Assembly (NCBI GenBank): GCA_964607835.1 | Contig: CAZSLL010000005.1 | Coordinates: 4,785 to 68,784 of the forward strand | Length of the DNA: 64,000 nt | DNA from: an uncultured archaeon | GTDB lineage: Archaea > Aenigmatarchaeota > Aenigmatarchaeia > QMZP01 | Reading direction: 5' to 3' | Part shown: in pieces, positions 1 to 8,602 of the stretch | How the letters are laid out: the number at the start of each line of letters is the position of its first letter | Position numbering within the stretch: the stretch's first letter is position 1 | Program-made: the position numbers and the translations under genes | The notes under the pieces: model-generated | Told to the model about the DNA's origin: nothing | The model's database searches: none | The model's input: the letters and a program-made list of their open reading frames with translations, nothing else

Positions 1-1071
1 GCTCGAACCGTTCTTGGCATAGACATCAACAGGACCGCACCAGTAGTCGCTGCATGTTACAGTCGCATAAAGGATGGTCTGGAGGCCGGGCTCGGAAAGG
101 GTGACAGGGTCGAAATAAACATTTTCCAGCCTGACCTCGCCAAGCATTACAGATACCTGCTTTTCGCTGCTGTAGGCGGTTTCCATCTGGTCGAGGTCAG
201 AGTCAGCCTTTATCCGGAATGTGTAATCACCCTTGTCAGCCCCGTATACAGTCCAGGTAAAGGTGCAGGGGTCACCGCTTCCAACCGAACCGCAGGAATA
301 TGGGTTCTGCTGGTACGATATAAGCCCGCTCGTTCCAGAGCTCATGGTAAGGAAGCCGGAAGTGCTTCCCTTTTCCTTGTACTGCAGTTCGGCGTTGACC
401 TGACCGCAGCTGTCCCAGCCACACTGGATATCGGCATGGACATTGAAGGAGTCTGTTTTGGAAATCTCGCCTGAAGGAGGAAGGCCCGAAGTGCTCATCG
501 AGGCTTCCATACCGTATGGCACTTTTTCGTACTGGACCCCAAGCCATGCTTCATAAAGCCACACCTGATATTGCTCGTCGTTGAGCATGAGCTTAATTTT
601 GAACTCGCTCCCGCATTCCTCGAACAATCCAGTGACATCGACACTGAATGTGCTGATTTCATTGTCAAAGCCGAATTTCCTTACGTATTCGTATGCGCCC
701 TGGCTGCAGTCATAGACGTAAATCCTCAGATCTGTGTCTGGATAAGAACGGTAGCTGCTGTGCCTTCCTTTCAGGTACAGCCTCGCGCTCGTGGACTCAA
801 TGATGTAAGAGCCGATTGTTGAGCCGTCGAAGGGGGCGTCAACCCACTTGTACTCCCTGTATACTGAATTTGACACGTAGTCATGATCTTCTGTGGAATG
901 GGTGCACACAGGAATCTTAGAGCTGTCACACTCCCAGCCAAAACAGTTGATGCTGCATGATCTGGCGCAGTCAGGGCATTCCACATAGGCATCAGCCAGA
1001 GCAAGCCCGGGCAATGAGCACAATAGAACAAATAATGCAATGAGGAACAGAATGCATTTGCTCAGCGCCAT
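1..1071 (-). CDS. Secreted cysteine-rich protein, partial (N-terminal part; continues past the window start)
   Basis: I translated the minus strand from the ATG at 1069-1071. The frame stays open for about 357 codons to the window edge. It begins with a signal peptide, MALSKCILFLIALFVLLCSLPGLALA, followed by many Cys residues. It is missing from the ORF track because no stop codon falls inside the window. Confidence 0.45.
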   Translation of the reverse strand, partial: MALSKCILFLIALFVLLCSLPGLALADAYVECPDCARSCSINCFGWECDSSKIPVCTHSTEDHDYVSNSVYREYKWVDAPFDGSTIGSYIIESTSARLYLKGRHSSYRSYPDTDLRIYVYDCSQGAYEYVRKFGFDNEISTFSVDVTGLFEECGSEFKIKLMLNDEQYQVWLYEAWLGVQYEKVPYGMEASMSTSGLPPSGEISKTDSFNVHADIQCGWDSCGQVNAELQYKEKGSTSGFLTMSSGTSGLISYQQNPYSCGSVGSGDPCTFTWTVYGADKGDYTFRIKADSDLDQMETAYSSEKQVSVMLGEVRLENVYFDPVTLSEPGLQTILYATVTCSDYWCGPVDVYAKNGSS

Positions 1072-1129
1072 ATTAATTAATTAAGGGCTTCTCGTATTTA
1101 ACATAAAGCCATAAAGGCATGGCTGCGGT

Positions 1130-2500
1130 TCAGGTGTTCAGCACCAGGGGCCTTGAGAATATTCTCCTGAGCTTTCCGTTGGGCTTGTTGTACCTTATGT
1201 AGGCCTTGGGCATCTTGAGGTTGCCGCTCACGAGGGCCTTCAGGGGGTAGGTGATTATCCTGGTCTCCTTGGGCCTTATGTCACCAAGCTTCCATATGAG
1301 CTCGGTGCCAGCTTCAGAGCGCTTCACAAGGGGCTTCATGGCGTTTATCTCGTTGTGGGCCACATTGGCGAGGGGAGTGACCCAGTCTCTCACTATGGCG
1401 TTTGAGAGGTTGTGGTAGAAGGGGTTCCTGACCTCGAGGACCACGTGGTGCCTGGGGCCCCCTTTCTTGACATGCCTCTTGATTATCACAGGTGAGCTGG
1501 CCTTGCGCATTCCATACATGAGGAGCAGGAATACCGCCACCAGAACCAGCCCGTAGGTGGCGTATATCGGGGTGTAGTCGAGCCTGTAGGTGAAGCTCTG
1601 CGACTCGCCAACATCCAGGTCGCTGAGCACATAGGTGCATGACTTCTCGTCACCACTGAGTACACACTCGTCAGGCTCGGTAACGAAGCCTGTTATCCAC
1701 TCGTTGCTGGGGACTATCTTGCTGGCCTCATAGACCGGCTCCTTTATGTTTCCCTCATTGACCACCGTTACCTCATATTCATCATACAGCATAGTGGAGG
1801 TCTTCTTGACCATCTCGGTCACCTTGTGCACAGGAGGAACAGTAAACATGCATTCCTTCTCAACTGGCGTGCCCTCCAGGCTAACCCTCACGTTGTAGTC
1901 GCCTGCAAGGATTCCCTTGGGCAGGGGCTCCTCAAGCTCTATGAGCGTCTCTCCGTCCACAGTGACCTGCCTCGAGAACTCCCTGAGCACGGTTCCTGAC
2001 TTGTCAAGCAGGGAGAATTCCAGGCTGGCATTCCTCTCGTCCTTGGAGGTCATTAGCATGGAAAGCGTGCAGGAATCGCCTGACTTTGAGGTCCTGAACT
2101 CGGCTATGTCAAGGGGCCTCAGCACATTCAGGGTGACCTCCTGGAAGGTGCTCGCTTTTGACAGGCTGTGGGAAAAGGCGCTGACCATGTATGTGAATTC
2201 GCCTGGTGTCTCGCCTGTGGGGAAGAACTGGACGCTGAAATCAGACTCCCAGCTGCCGGGAACACTGAGAAAACCAGGGTAACCCGAAATCCATTCCTGT
2301 GGTTCGCCTGAGACCGATACGCCCAGGTTGTTCCTAAGGGCCTGGTTGTTGCTTATGGTGAAATTGAAGGTCACCTCGTCCCCAAGGTACACGTCGAGGT
2401 TGCTCTGCTCTGCCTCCATCTCCAGATAGCTGGCGGACGCAGGGACTGGTATAATAAGAAGTGAAACCAAAATCAATATGAGCAAAATGTCACGCCTCAT
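1130..2500 (-). CDS. Secreted/surface protein with N-terminal signal peptide and C-terminal TM anchor
   Basis: 456 aa. The N-terminus is hydrophobic (ILLILILVSLLIIPVPASA). A single TM segment lies near the C-terminus (GLVLVAVFLLLMYGM) and is followed by basic residues. I recognise no catalytic motif. Confidence 0.5.
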   Translation of the reverse strand: MRRDILLILILVSLLIIPVPASASYLEMEAEQSNLDVYLGDEVTFNFTISNNQALRNNLGVSVSGEPQEWISGYPGFLSVPGSWESDFSVQFFPTGETPGEFTYMVSAFSHSLSKASTFQEVTLNVLRPLDIAEFRTSKSGDSCTLSMLMTSKDERNASLEFSLLDKSGTVLREFSRQVTVDGETLIELEEPLPKGILAGDYNVRVSLEGTPVEKECMFTVPPVHKVTEMVKKTSTMLYDEYEVTVVNEGNIKEPVYEASKIVPSNEWITGFVTEPDECVLSGDEKSCTYVLSDLDVGESQSFTYRLDYTPIYATYGLVLVAVFLLLMYGMRKASSPVIIKRHVKKGGPRHHVVLEVRNPFYHNLSNAIVRDWVTPLANVAHNEINAMKPLVKRSEAGTELIWKLGDIRPKETRIITYPLKALVSGNLKMPKAYIRYNKPNGKLRRIFSRPLVLNT

Positions 2501-2591
2501 GAACTATCCGTCCTTGTGTTTGGTAATATGAATAATATTTTTAATGTATTTAAATTTGATAGAGGCCAAGTCTTGGCACAGGGTGTGTTCC

Positions 2592-3599
2592 ATGAGCTCT
2601 GAGAAGACCTCAAAGAGAAAGGGCGACCACATCAGGATTTGCCTTGAGAAGGAAGTCGAGAGCGGCAGGGGCCCTGGCTTCGACAGGTACGAGCTGGGCC
2701 ACAAAGCCCTTCCTGAGCTTGGCGAGCAGGACCTGGACACCTCAACAGATTTTATGGGAAAGAGGTTCAGGCTTCCCTTCTTCATCGAGGCCATGACAGG
2801 GGGGTCGCCGGGTACAGAAAGCATAAACAGGAACCTGGCAAAGGCAGCCCAGGAAACAGGTATTGGTATGGGCCTGGGCTCGCAGAGGGCAATGATAGAG
2901 GACACTGAGCTGAAGTACACCTATGATGTAAGGCCCGTGGCACCGGGCATATTCCTGGTGGGCAACATCGGGGCCGCACAGCTCTCCTCATATCCTTACA
3001 GCGAGATAGCCGGGCTTGTGAAGAGCATAGGAGCAGACGCACTTGCGGTTCACCTGAATGCAGCCCAGGAGATGAGCCAGCCCGAGGGCGACAGGGACTG
3101 GTCAAACGTGCTCGAGGGACTGAGAAGGCTCTGCAGCAGGGCGGGCTTCCCTGTCATAGTGAAGGAGACAGGATGCGGCATATCAGGTGACGTTGCCCTT
3201 AAGCTGGAGGGTGCGGGAGCCGCTGCAATAGACGTGGCCGGGGCAGGGGGCACCTCCTGGACAGCCGTGGAGAGCCACCGGGGGTCTGAGACAGCCAAGG
3301 CGTTCATGGACTGGGGCCTTCCCACAGCAGACTCCCTTGTTCAGTGCAGAAGGGCAGTTAAGGTCCCCCTGATTGCCTCCGGAGGAATAAGAACCGGTCT
3401 GGAGAGCGCCAAGGCCATTGCGATGGGAGCCAGCCTGGCCGGGTTCGCCCTTCCCCTCCTCAAGCCTGCCACCCAGTCAGCAGAGGCCGTGGTCAAGAGG
3501 ATAAGGCAGTATGAGAAAGAGCTCAGGAAGGCCATGCTCCTCACAGGATGCAGGACCATAAGGGAGCTCAGCCACGCGGGCGTGACCATGAGGAAATGA
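2592..3599 (+). CDS. fni: Isopentenyl-diphosphate delta-isomerase, type 2 (FMN-dependent)
   Basis: The product resembles IDI-2 over its full length. It has the Gly-rich FMN/NAD(P)H-binding segments GIGMGLGSQR, LIASGGIRTG and VAGAGGTSW, plus the TIM-barrel signature. I chose the start at the internal ATG (MSSEKTSKRKGDH...). Confidence 0.85.
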   Translation: MSSEKTSKRKGDHIRICLEKEVESGRGPGFDRYELGHKALPELGEQDLDTSTDFMGKRFRLPFFIEAMTGGSPGTESINRNLAKAAQETGIGMGLGSQRAMIEDTELKYTYDVRPVAPGIFLVGNIGAAQLSSYPYSEIAGLVKSIGADALAVHLNAAQEMSQPEGDRDWSNVLEGLRRLCSRAGFPVIVKETGCGISGDVALKLEGAGAAAIDVAGAGGTSWTAVESHRGSETAKAFMDWGLPTADSLVQCRRAVKVPLIASGGIRTGLESAKAIAMGASLAGFALPLLKPATQSAEAVVKRIRQYEKELRKAMLLTGCRTIRELSHAGVTMRK

Positions 3600-3680
3600 G
3601 CGGTTCCGAGCCTTTGGGGTGTCCAGCGAAAAGGCCACGCATGGGCTTAATATTTATAGCCGGAAAGCGAATATTATAAC

Positions 3681-4319
3681 ATGGTTGACTCCAGGATAGT
3701 CAAGTACATCAATGACACTCTTTCTGCGGGATACAGCGAGGCTGACGTCAGGAAAGCCCTGGTGGGACAAGGATGGACGCCCCAGGAGGTAGAGGAGGCG
3801 TTCTCGCTGGCCGAGGCAGGCCAGGCTCCTGCAAAGGCGGCACAGAAGCCGGCGCAGGCAAAGCAGGGCGACAAGGCCCAGCAAAAGCCCGTTTCACCTA
3901 ATGAGCAAGAAATGGCCCAGAAGGCCCAAGCTGCACCTTCCGGGGCACAGGGGCCTGGCATAATCAGCGGCTCCTTTCTCATGATGGCCGCGGGCGGTGC
4001 CCTTATAATAGCAAACTCTGTCATGACACTGCTTGGAGCCGGCGACCTTCTGGCATTGTTCATGTCTAACATGGAATTCTCGCTGATGGGCATGTTCGAC
4101 GTTCAGCTCTCTGCGATGGACTCTTTCCTCGTGAACATGATAATAGGCGTATTCGTGCTGGCATCCTCTTTCATAGTGGTGAGGATGCCTGACAAGGCAA
4201 AGATAACAGCAGCATTCGTTATAGTCCTGTCAATAATATCCATTCTCATCGGGAACGGCTTCCTGATAGGAGGCCTGGTTTCTGTTCTCGGGGGCGTGTT
4301 CACCATGCTGGGCAAGTGA
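3681..4319 (+). CDS. Membrane protein (N-terminal soluble domain, Ala/Gln/Lys-rich linker, four predicted C-terminal TM helices)
   Basis: This reading is based on the hydropathy pattern of the translation. A TATA-like element (tttatagcc, near 3645-3655) lies about 27 bp upstream of the ATG. Confidence 0.45.
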   Translation: MVDSRIVKYINDTLSAGYSEADVRKALVGQGWTPQEVEEAFSLAEAGQAPAKAAQKPAQAKQGDKAQQKPVSPNEQEMAQKAQAAPSGAQGPGIISGSFLMMAAGGALIIANSVMTLLGAGDLLALFMSNMEFSLMGMFDVQLSAMDSFLVNMIIGVFVLASSFIVVRMPDKAKITAAFVIVLSIISILIGNGFLIGGLVSVLGGVFTMLGK

Positions 4320-4364
4320 GCCGGGATATCATTATATAACCATCCGTGACCTATTCTATTCCAT

Positions 4365-4718
4365 ATGTCATCTTCAGTGAACGCTGTTCTGATGATTTTC
4401 GCCATTTCCCTCTGCATAGCGCCAGCTCTGGCTGAGGCACAGTCAATCAATATAGTTCCGTGCTCCACGGGTGACACCAGGCCCTGCGGAAGCGGTGTGG
4501 GCGAGTGTGAGAAGGGGGTGACCACCTGCGAAAACGGCATATGGGGCGAATGCGATGGGGGAGTGGAGCCTGTCGAGGAGGACTGCTCCGACGGACTGGA
4601 CAATGACTGCAACGGGCTTGTGGATGACTGCGGATTCAACACCGTGTCCTACATGCTCATAGGCGCGGGGCTGATGCTTCTTGTCGTGGCCCTTGTGCTG
4701 AACAAGCTTGGAAAGTAG
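4365..4718 (+). CDS. Small secreted Cys-rich protein with a MopE-like putative metal-binding motif and a C-terminal TM anchor
   Basis: It has a signal peptide, then ...CSDGLDNDCNGLVDDCG..., then a TM segment (MLIGAGLMLLVVALVLN). The same CxDGxDNDCDG motif is repeated in the 1019-aa protein at 16374-19433. Confidence 0.5.
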   Translation: MSSSVNAVLMIFAISLCIAPALAEAQSINIVPCSTGDTRPCGSGVGECEKGVTTCENGIWGECDGGVEPVEEDCSDGLDNDCNGLVDDCGFNTVSYMLIGAGLMLLVVALVLNKLGK

Positions 4719-4745
4719 CCGGTTGAGGGCTATTATATAATAATA

Positions 4746-5711
4746 CTATCGCTGGTTCTCGTAAAGCTCTTTGGCCACATTCTCCAGCATTACCTCTCCC
4801 CTGACCTCCTCCCTGAAGAGGGTGAGGGTGAACACCTTATTTGAGCTGAACTTCTTCCTTATCTCCTCAAGCCTGCTGAGCTGGAGCTTCCTCTTCTCCC
4901 TGCAGAAATCGCACCCGTGATTCTCGGGTATTAGCTGGTTGACGTAAACGCTCTTGACAGGGATTCCCGAGTGCTTAAGGAAAATAGCGGAGCGCTCTGA
5001 CTCCAGGATGCTCATGGCCTCTGGTATCATGACTATGTTGTAGCTCGTCCGCCCGGGGTCGGAGAGTATCTCCTTGGCCTTCTCTATCCTGGCCTTCATT
5101 TCCTCGAGCTTCTCGAGGGCAACATCCTTCTCCTCTTCCTGGTCTCCAGAACCCAGGAACTTCTTGAACACCCCGGTGATGCCTGAGAGCCTCATCCTGA
5201 GCTTTATTATCTTTCCCACCCAGGATTCCAGGACGTCTGGAAGCGAGAGCAGCCTCAGGGTATGGCCCGTGGGGGCTGTGTCAAAGACTATGATGTCGTA
5301 CTCGTTTGAGTTCATGTACCTCAGGAACCGGTCAAAGCTGGCTATCTCGTCAATGCCCGGAGTCATGCCCGCCATGTCCAGGGTGTCCTCCAGGCCAAGC
5401 CCCTTGAGGGAGGATATCTTGTTCAGCTGCGGGGTGAGCATGTCCTTGTACTCTTTCATGGACTTGTCAGGGTCTATCTCCACTGCCCAGAGGTTCTTCC
5501 CGAGCTTCTGGATGTCCCCGCCAATCTTCTTGTCAAAAGAGTCAGCCAGGGAATGCGCGGGGTCAGTGGATATGACCAGTACTTTCCTTCCTTTTTTGGA
5601 GAGGTGGAGCGCAGTGGCTGCTGCCACAGATGTCTTTCCCACGCCGCCCTTGCCTGAGAAGAAAATGAAGCGGGTGTGCTTCTCCTTTCCCTTGAGCTTG
5701 TCAAGCACCAT
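4746..5711 (-). CDS. ArsA/Get3-family ATPase (arsenite-pump/TRC40-like)
   Basis: It carries the deviant Walker A motif GKGGVGKTS and the family signature DPAHSL. Family similarity covers the full length. Confidence 0.8.
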   Translation of the reverse strand: MVLDKLKGKEKHTRFIFFSGKGGVGKTSVAAATALHLSKKGRKVLVISTDPAHSLADSFDKKIGGDIQKLGKNLWAVEIDPDKSMKEYKDMLTPQLNKISSLKGLGLEDTLDMAGMTPGIDEIASFDRFLRYMNSNEYDIIVFDTAPTGHTLRLLSLPDVLESWVGKIIKLRMRLSGITGVFKKFLGSGDQEEEKDVALEKLEEMKARIEKAKEILSDPGRTSYNIVMIPEAMSILESERSAIFLKHSGIPVKSVYVNQLIPENHGCDFCREKRKLQLSRLEEIRKKFSSNKVFTLTLFREEVRGEVMLENVAKELYENQR

Positions 5712-5770
5712 AATCTAAATAATTGTGGAGCAACCTATAAGAAGCTTGGCTTCTGCGTGCGAGGCAGAGC

Positions 5771-5932
5771 TTTGGACGCCTGCCTGTCCAAAAAAGGTTC
5801 AGTTGCGGCAGCGGTCTTTTTCGGGAGCGTTTTTTGGACGCCTGCCTGTCCAAAAAAGGTTCAATTGCGGCAGCGGTCTTTTTCGGGAGCGTTTTTTGGA
5901 CGCCTGCCTGTCCAAAAAAGGTTCAAGCGGAG
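5771..5932. repeat. 62-bp tandem direct repeat, about 2.5 copies, each with a 10-bp-stem hairpin (TTTTTTGGAC/GTCCAAAAAA)
   Basis: The unit is tggacgcctgcctgtccaaaaaaggttcaNttgcggcagcggtctttttcgggagcgtttt. Copies start at 5773, 5835 and 5897. The unit resembles the 3' flank and intron region of the adjacent tRNA-Cys gene. Confidence 0.7.
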
Positions 5933-5935
5933 GCG

Positions 5936-6127
5936 GGGAGATTCGGAACCAATGTTCGCAACATCTGCCAAGCGGCAGCGGTGTTTCCGCGAACGCTTTT
6001 GCACGTTTATCATGTGCAAAAGGGCTCTGTCGAACCCCGTTAACCCGCTTTCAGCAACGCCCTGTCCTGAAAAGGGCTGCACTGCAGGCGGGCACATGGC
6101 CGTTCTGTCACCTCCGCTTTAATGCCC
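5936..6127 (-). tRNA. tRNA-Cys(GCA)-like gene with two insertions: an anticodon-loop intron of about 33 nt and a T-loop intron of about 89 nt
   Basis: On the minus strand I can pair the acceptor stem GCGGAGG/CCTCCGC with discriminator U, the D-arm ACAG-AACGGCCA-TGT, the anticodon stem CCCGC/GCGGG with loop CTGCA|intron|AA (anticodon GCA), and the T-stem CGGGG/CCCCG split after TTCGA. I folded this by hand. Confidence 0.5.
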
Positions 6128-6167
6128 GCAGGAGCAGGCAACTGGATAAAATAGGTGCGAAGGGCTT

Positions 6168-7112
6168 TTATTTGTTTGCAGAGAGCATTAAACTGCCTTC
6201 CCTGACAGCGTCCGAGTATTTCTTCAGGGCGGCATCGAAACTATCCCCCATCTCCAGGTATGACCTGATGCTCTCCACGCGCTCTACATAGTCATTGCAC
6301 TCTTTCTCATGCTTGCCCTTTCCGTTGGGTCCGGCGAAATAGCACTTGAGGGCCTCTTCCATGTCACCATCCTCATGAACCTCATAGTGCTTGAGAAGGG
6401 CCATGCCAGTCACAATGTTTGCGTAGGGGGATTCCCTCACCCTTTCCCAGACCTCCTCAGGGCCTCCCCCGAAGATATGGGCATACTTCTCAAGGGCATA
6501 CTCTCCTATTTCCTTTCTGGAATCATTGAATCTCTTTCCTTTGCCTGAGAAGAGCTCTCTCGTCTCGGCGCTTGAGACCTGGTTGAGCTGCATGTATCCG
6601 ACATTCCCTGTAATGGATTCAGCATCATGGTCTCCCCATGATTCCTTTCCTATCATTGCAAGAACGAGTTCAGGGTCGAGATTGAAATCACCTGCCACCT
6701 CATTCACGATACTCACGAAACCAGGTTCATCAGGTACGGTTGCAGCGCTCCTATAAGGCTCCGGCCCCGACCCCAGGTCTTCAGAGCTGAAGCCGGTCCT
6801 GGGGTTTATCATTGTTGGTTCAGGCACTAGGTCAGGGGCAGAGGCCGCCTTGGAAGGGTCAAAAGGAGGAGGCTCGTTCTCCTTCCAGGTTCCCTTTTGG
6901 CTCTCTTCCAGGAAATCCCTGTCCCTTTCATCGGCTTTACCTGGATGAGGCTGCCCAACATTCTCATAAGGATAATACATTGCATCAGCATCGTGGTCTC
7001 TCGGGATGCCAAAGAGGGCTGCAAGGCTCATGAATCCAGCAGCAGCTATCTCCACAGCGTATCTGGACACGAAGCCCCTTCCTTCACCAATCCCGGAGGT
7101 TTCTCTAGACAT
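6168..7112 (-). CDS. SLT-domain (lytic transglycosylase-like) protein with a low-complexity Pro/Glu-rich N-terminal region
   Basis: The C-terminal half contains the SLT motifs LVLAMIGKESWGD (catalytic Glu-Ser), GYMQLNQVSSAE and PYANIVTGMALLKHY...YFAGPNG. Confidence 0.5.
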   Translation of the reverse strand: MSRETSGIGEGRGFVSRYAVEIAAAGFMSLAALFGIPRDHDADAMYYPYENVGQPHPGKADERDRDFLEESQKGTWKENEPPPFDPSKAASAPDLVPEPTMINPRTGFSSEDLGSGPEPYRSAATVPDEPGFVSIVNEVAGDFNLDPELVLAMIGKESWGDHDAESITGNVGYMQLNQVSSAETRELFSGKGKRFNDSRKEIGEYALEKYAHIFGGGPEEVWERVRESPYANIVTGMALLKHYEVHEDGDMEEALKCYFAGPNGKGKHEKECNDYVERVESIRSYLEMGDSFDAALKKYSDAVREGSLMLSANK

Positions 7113-7161
7113 GTTATCACTACTAAATAGTTACTTATAGTATTTAAATGCTTTTCAGGAC

Positions 7162-7965
7162 CTAAAGGAGAACCCTTTCTGGCCTCACCCTTCCCTGCTC
7201 CAGCCTGGCCAGAAGCCCCAGCCTTCCCTGGGTATCGTAAAGAGCGAAAAGCGCCTTTGGCATGCTGCCTTCAAGACCGGGAACCTGCTCTGCAGGAAGC
7301 TTTGCTCCCTGCCTGAGCCTGTCCAGGACCGGCCCTTCCACAGTGAACCCCGGGAAGCCCACCCTATCCAGCGCTATCTCCACAGGGAACAGGCATTCCG
7401 GCCCCCGGCTCCGGAGCTGGTCAAAAGTGCAGGCCTCCTCTATCCTGAAGGGGCCTATGGCGGTCCTCCTCAGCCAGGCCATGTGGGCCCCTGCCCCGAG
7501 GTCCTCTCCGATGTCATGGCAGAGCTTCCTTATGTATGTCCCTGCCTCGCAGCTCGTGCGGAAGCGCACCTCCCGGCCCTCCACAGAGAGCACCTCGAAG
7601 GAGGTCACCTTTCTCTGCCTCTCCCTTCTGGCCACAGCGCTCCTTCTTGGAGGAACCTGGGTTATCAGCCCCGTGAACTTCCCGGCAGACCTGGCTATCT
7701 GGTCCTCTGAGAAATCGCCGTGCACCCTCATTGAACCCTCGTATTCCTTGTCCAGGCCCAGGAGAACGGGCATGGCCTTGGTGGCCTCGTCAAGGGCTAT
7801 GAGCATGAGCCCGGTAACAGAGGGGTCAAGGGTTCCTGAGTGTCCCGCCTTCCTGGTTTTGAGAATGGCCTTGGCCTTCTCAACGCACTGCATGCTGGTT
7901 AGCTCTCTGGGCTTGTCGAGCAGGAGTATTCCCCTGCTCACCGGGTTTGGGCTATTCCCTGCCAT
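7162..7965 (-). CDS. cbf5: tRNA/rRNA pseudouridine synthase Cbf5 (TruB family, H/ACA RNP catalytic subunit) with a C-terminal PUA-like region
   Basis: It contains the TruB/Cbf5 catalytic motifs LLLDKPRELTSMQCV and HSGTLDP. Confidence 0.8.
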   Translation of the reverse strand: MAGNSPNPVSRGILLLDKPRELTSMQCVEKAKAILKTRKAGHSGTLDPSVTGLMLIALDEATKAMPVLLGLDKEYEGSMRVHGDFSEDQIARSAGKFTGLITQVPPRRSAVARRERQRKVTSFEVLSVEGREVRFRTSCEAGTYIRKLCHDIGEDLGAGAHMAWLRRTAIGPFRIEEACTFDQLRSRGPECLFPVEIALDRVGFPGFTVEGPVLDRLRQGAKLPAEQVPGLEGSMPKALFALYDTQGRLGLLARLEQGRVRPERVLL

Positions 7966-8058
7966 GATACATATTTAAATACCTAGTTAATATGTTATTA
8001 GACCATGGCACCTGTGTGCTGGTTTTTGGCCTGATTCGGATTGGGCCGGAGGATTTAA

Positions 8059-8256
8059 TATGGCAAAGAACAAGTTCCCTGAGGCCGAGTCCAGGCTCTT
8101 CCAGAGGGTGTTCATCTGCATGAGATGCGGCATCAAGAACAGGGGAGACCTCATCAAGGTCAGGCAGGGGAAGGTCAAGTGCAGGAAATGCAAGTCCAAG
8201 AGGCTCAGGCCAATACACAAGGACACCAAGAGCTGATGCCGGGGGCATGCTTTTAA
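8059..8256 (+). CDS. rpl40e: Ribosomal protein L40e (zinc-ribbon)
   Basis: I translated it by hand as [54 protein letters not shown].... It matches the L40e pattern FPEAExRLF...CMRCG...CRKC...LRP. It is not in the ORF track. Confidence 0.55.
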
Positions 8257-8291
8257 GGCGACCCCGGGCCAATGTTTGAATGAGTGATAGA

Positions 8292-8549
8292 ATGGGAAGG
8301 ACATACTACAAGAGGGGATGGTCCCACACCAAGACCAGGGGCAAGGAAGGAAGCGTGACCTGCGGGTTCTGCGGCAAGAGGGTGCCAAGGTACAAGGCAT
8401 TCCCCACATTCAAGGGATTCTCCCTGAGCGACCCTGTCATAAAGGCAGAGCTCGGGACAAAGGGAAGGAGGCTCAACCTCTCCTCGCAGAAGGTTTACGC
8501 CTGCCCCGCGTGCGCAAGGCACAGGAACATAGTCAGGAAGAAGAGATAA
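8292..8549 (+). CDS. rps26e: Ribosomal protein S26e
   Basis: It has CGFCGKRVPRYKA...YACPACARHRNIVRKKR, which corresponds to the S26e signature CxxCxxxVPKDKA...YCVSCAIHSKVVRNR. I placed the start at MGRTYYKRGW. Confidence 0.6.
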   Translation: MGRTYYKRGWSHTKTRGKEGSVTCGFCGKRVPRYKAFPTFKGFSLSDPVIKAELGTKGRRLNLSSQKVYACPACARHRNIVRKKR

Positions 8550-8602
8550 TCTCTGGTTTTGTAAATAATAACCCTTATTACCGGGAAAGAACAATTATAA
8601 AC

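Noticed and set aside
5074-5718. 214-aa plus-strand ORF
   Set aside because: It lies entirely antisense to the well-supported ArsA/Get3 gene. It is a shadow ORF with a low-complexity Ser-rich translation.
5771-5932. Possible CRISPR array
   Set aside because: There are only 2.5 contiguous copies of a 62-bp unit with no intervening unique spacers. It is a tandem repeat, not a repeat-spacer architecture.
7262-7978. 238-aa plus-strand ORF
   Set aside because: It is antisense to cbf5. It is a shadow ORF in a GC-rich region.
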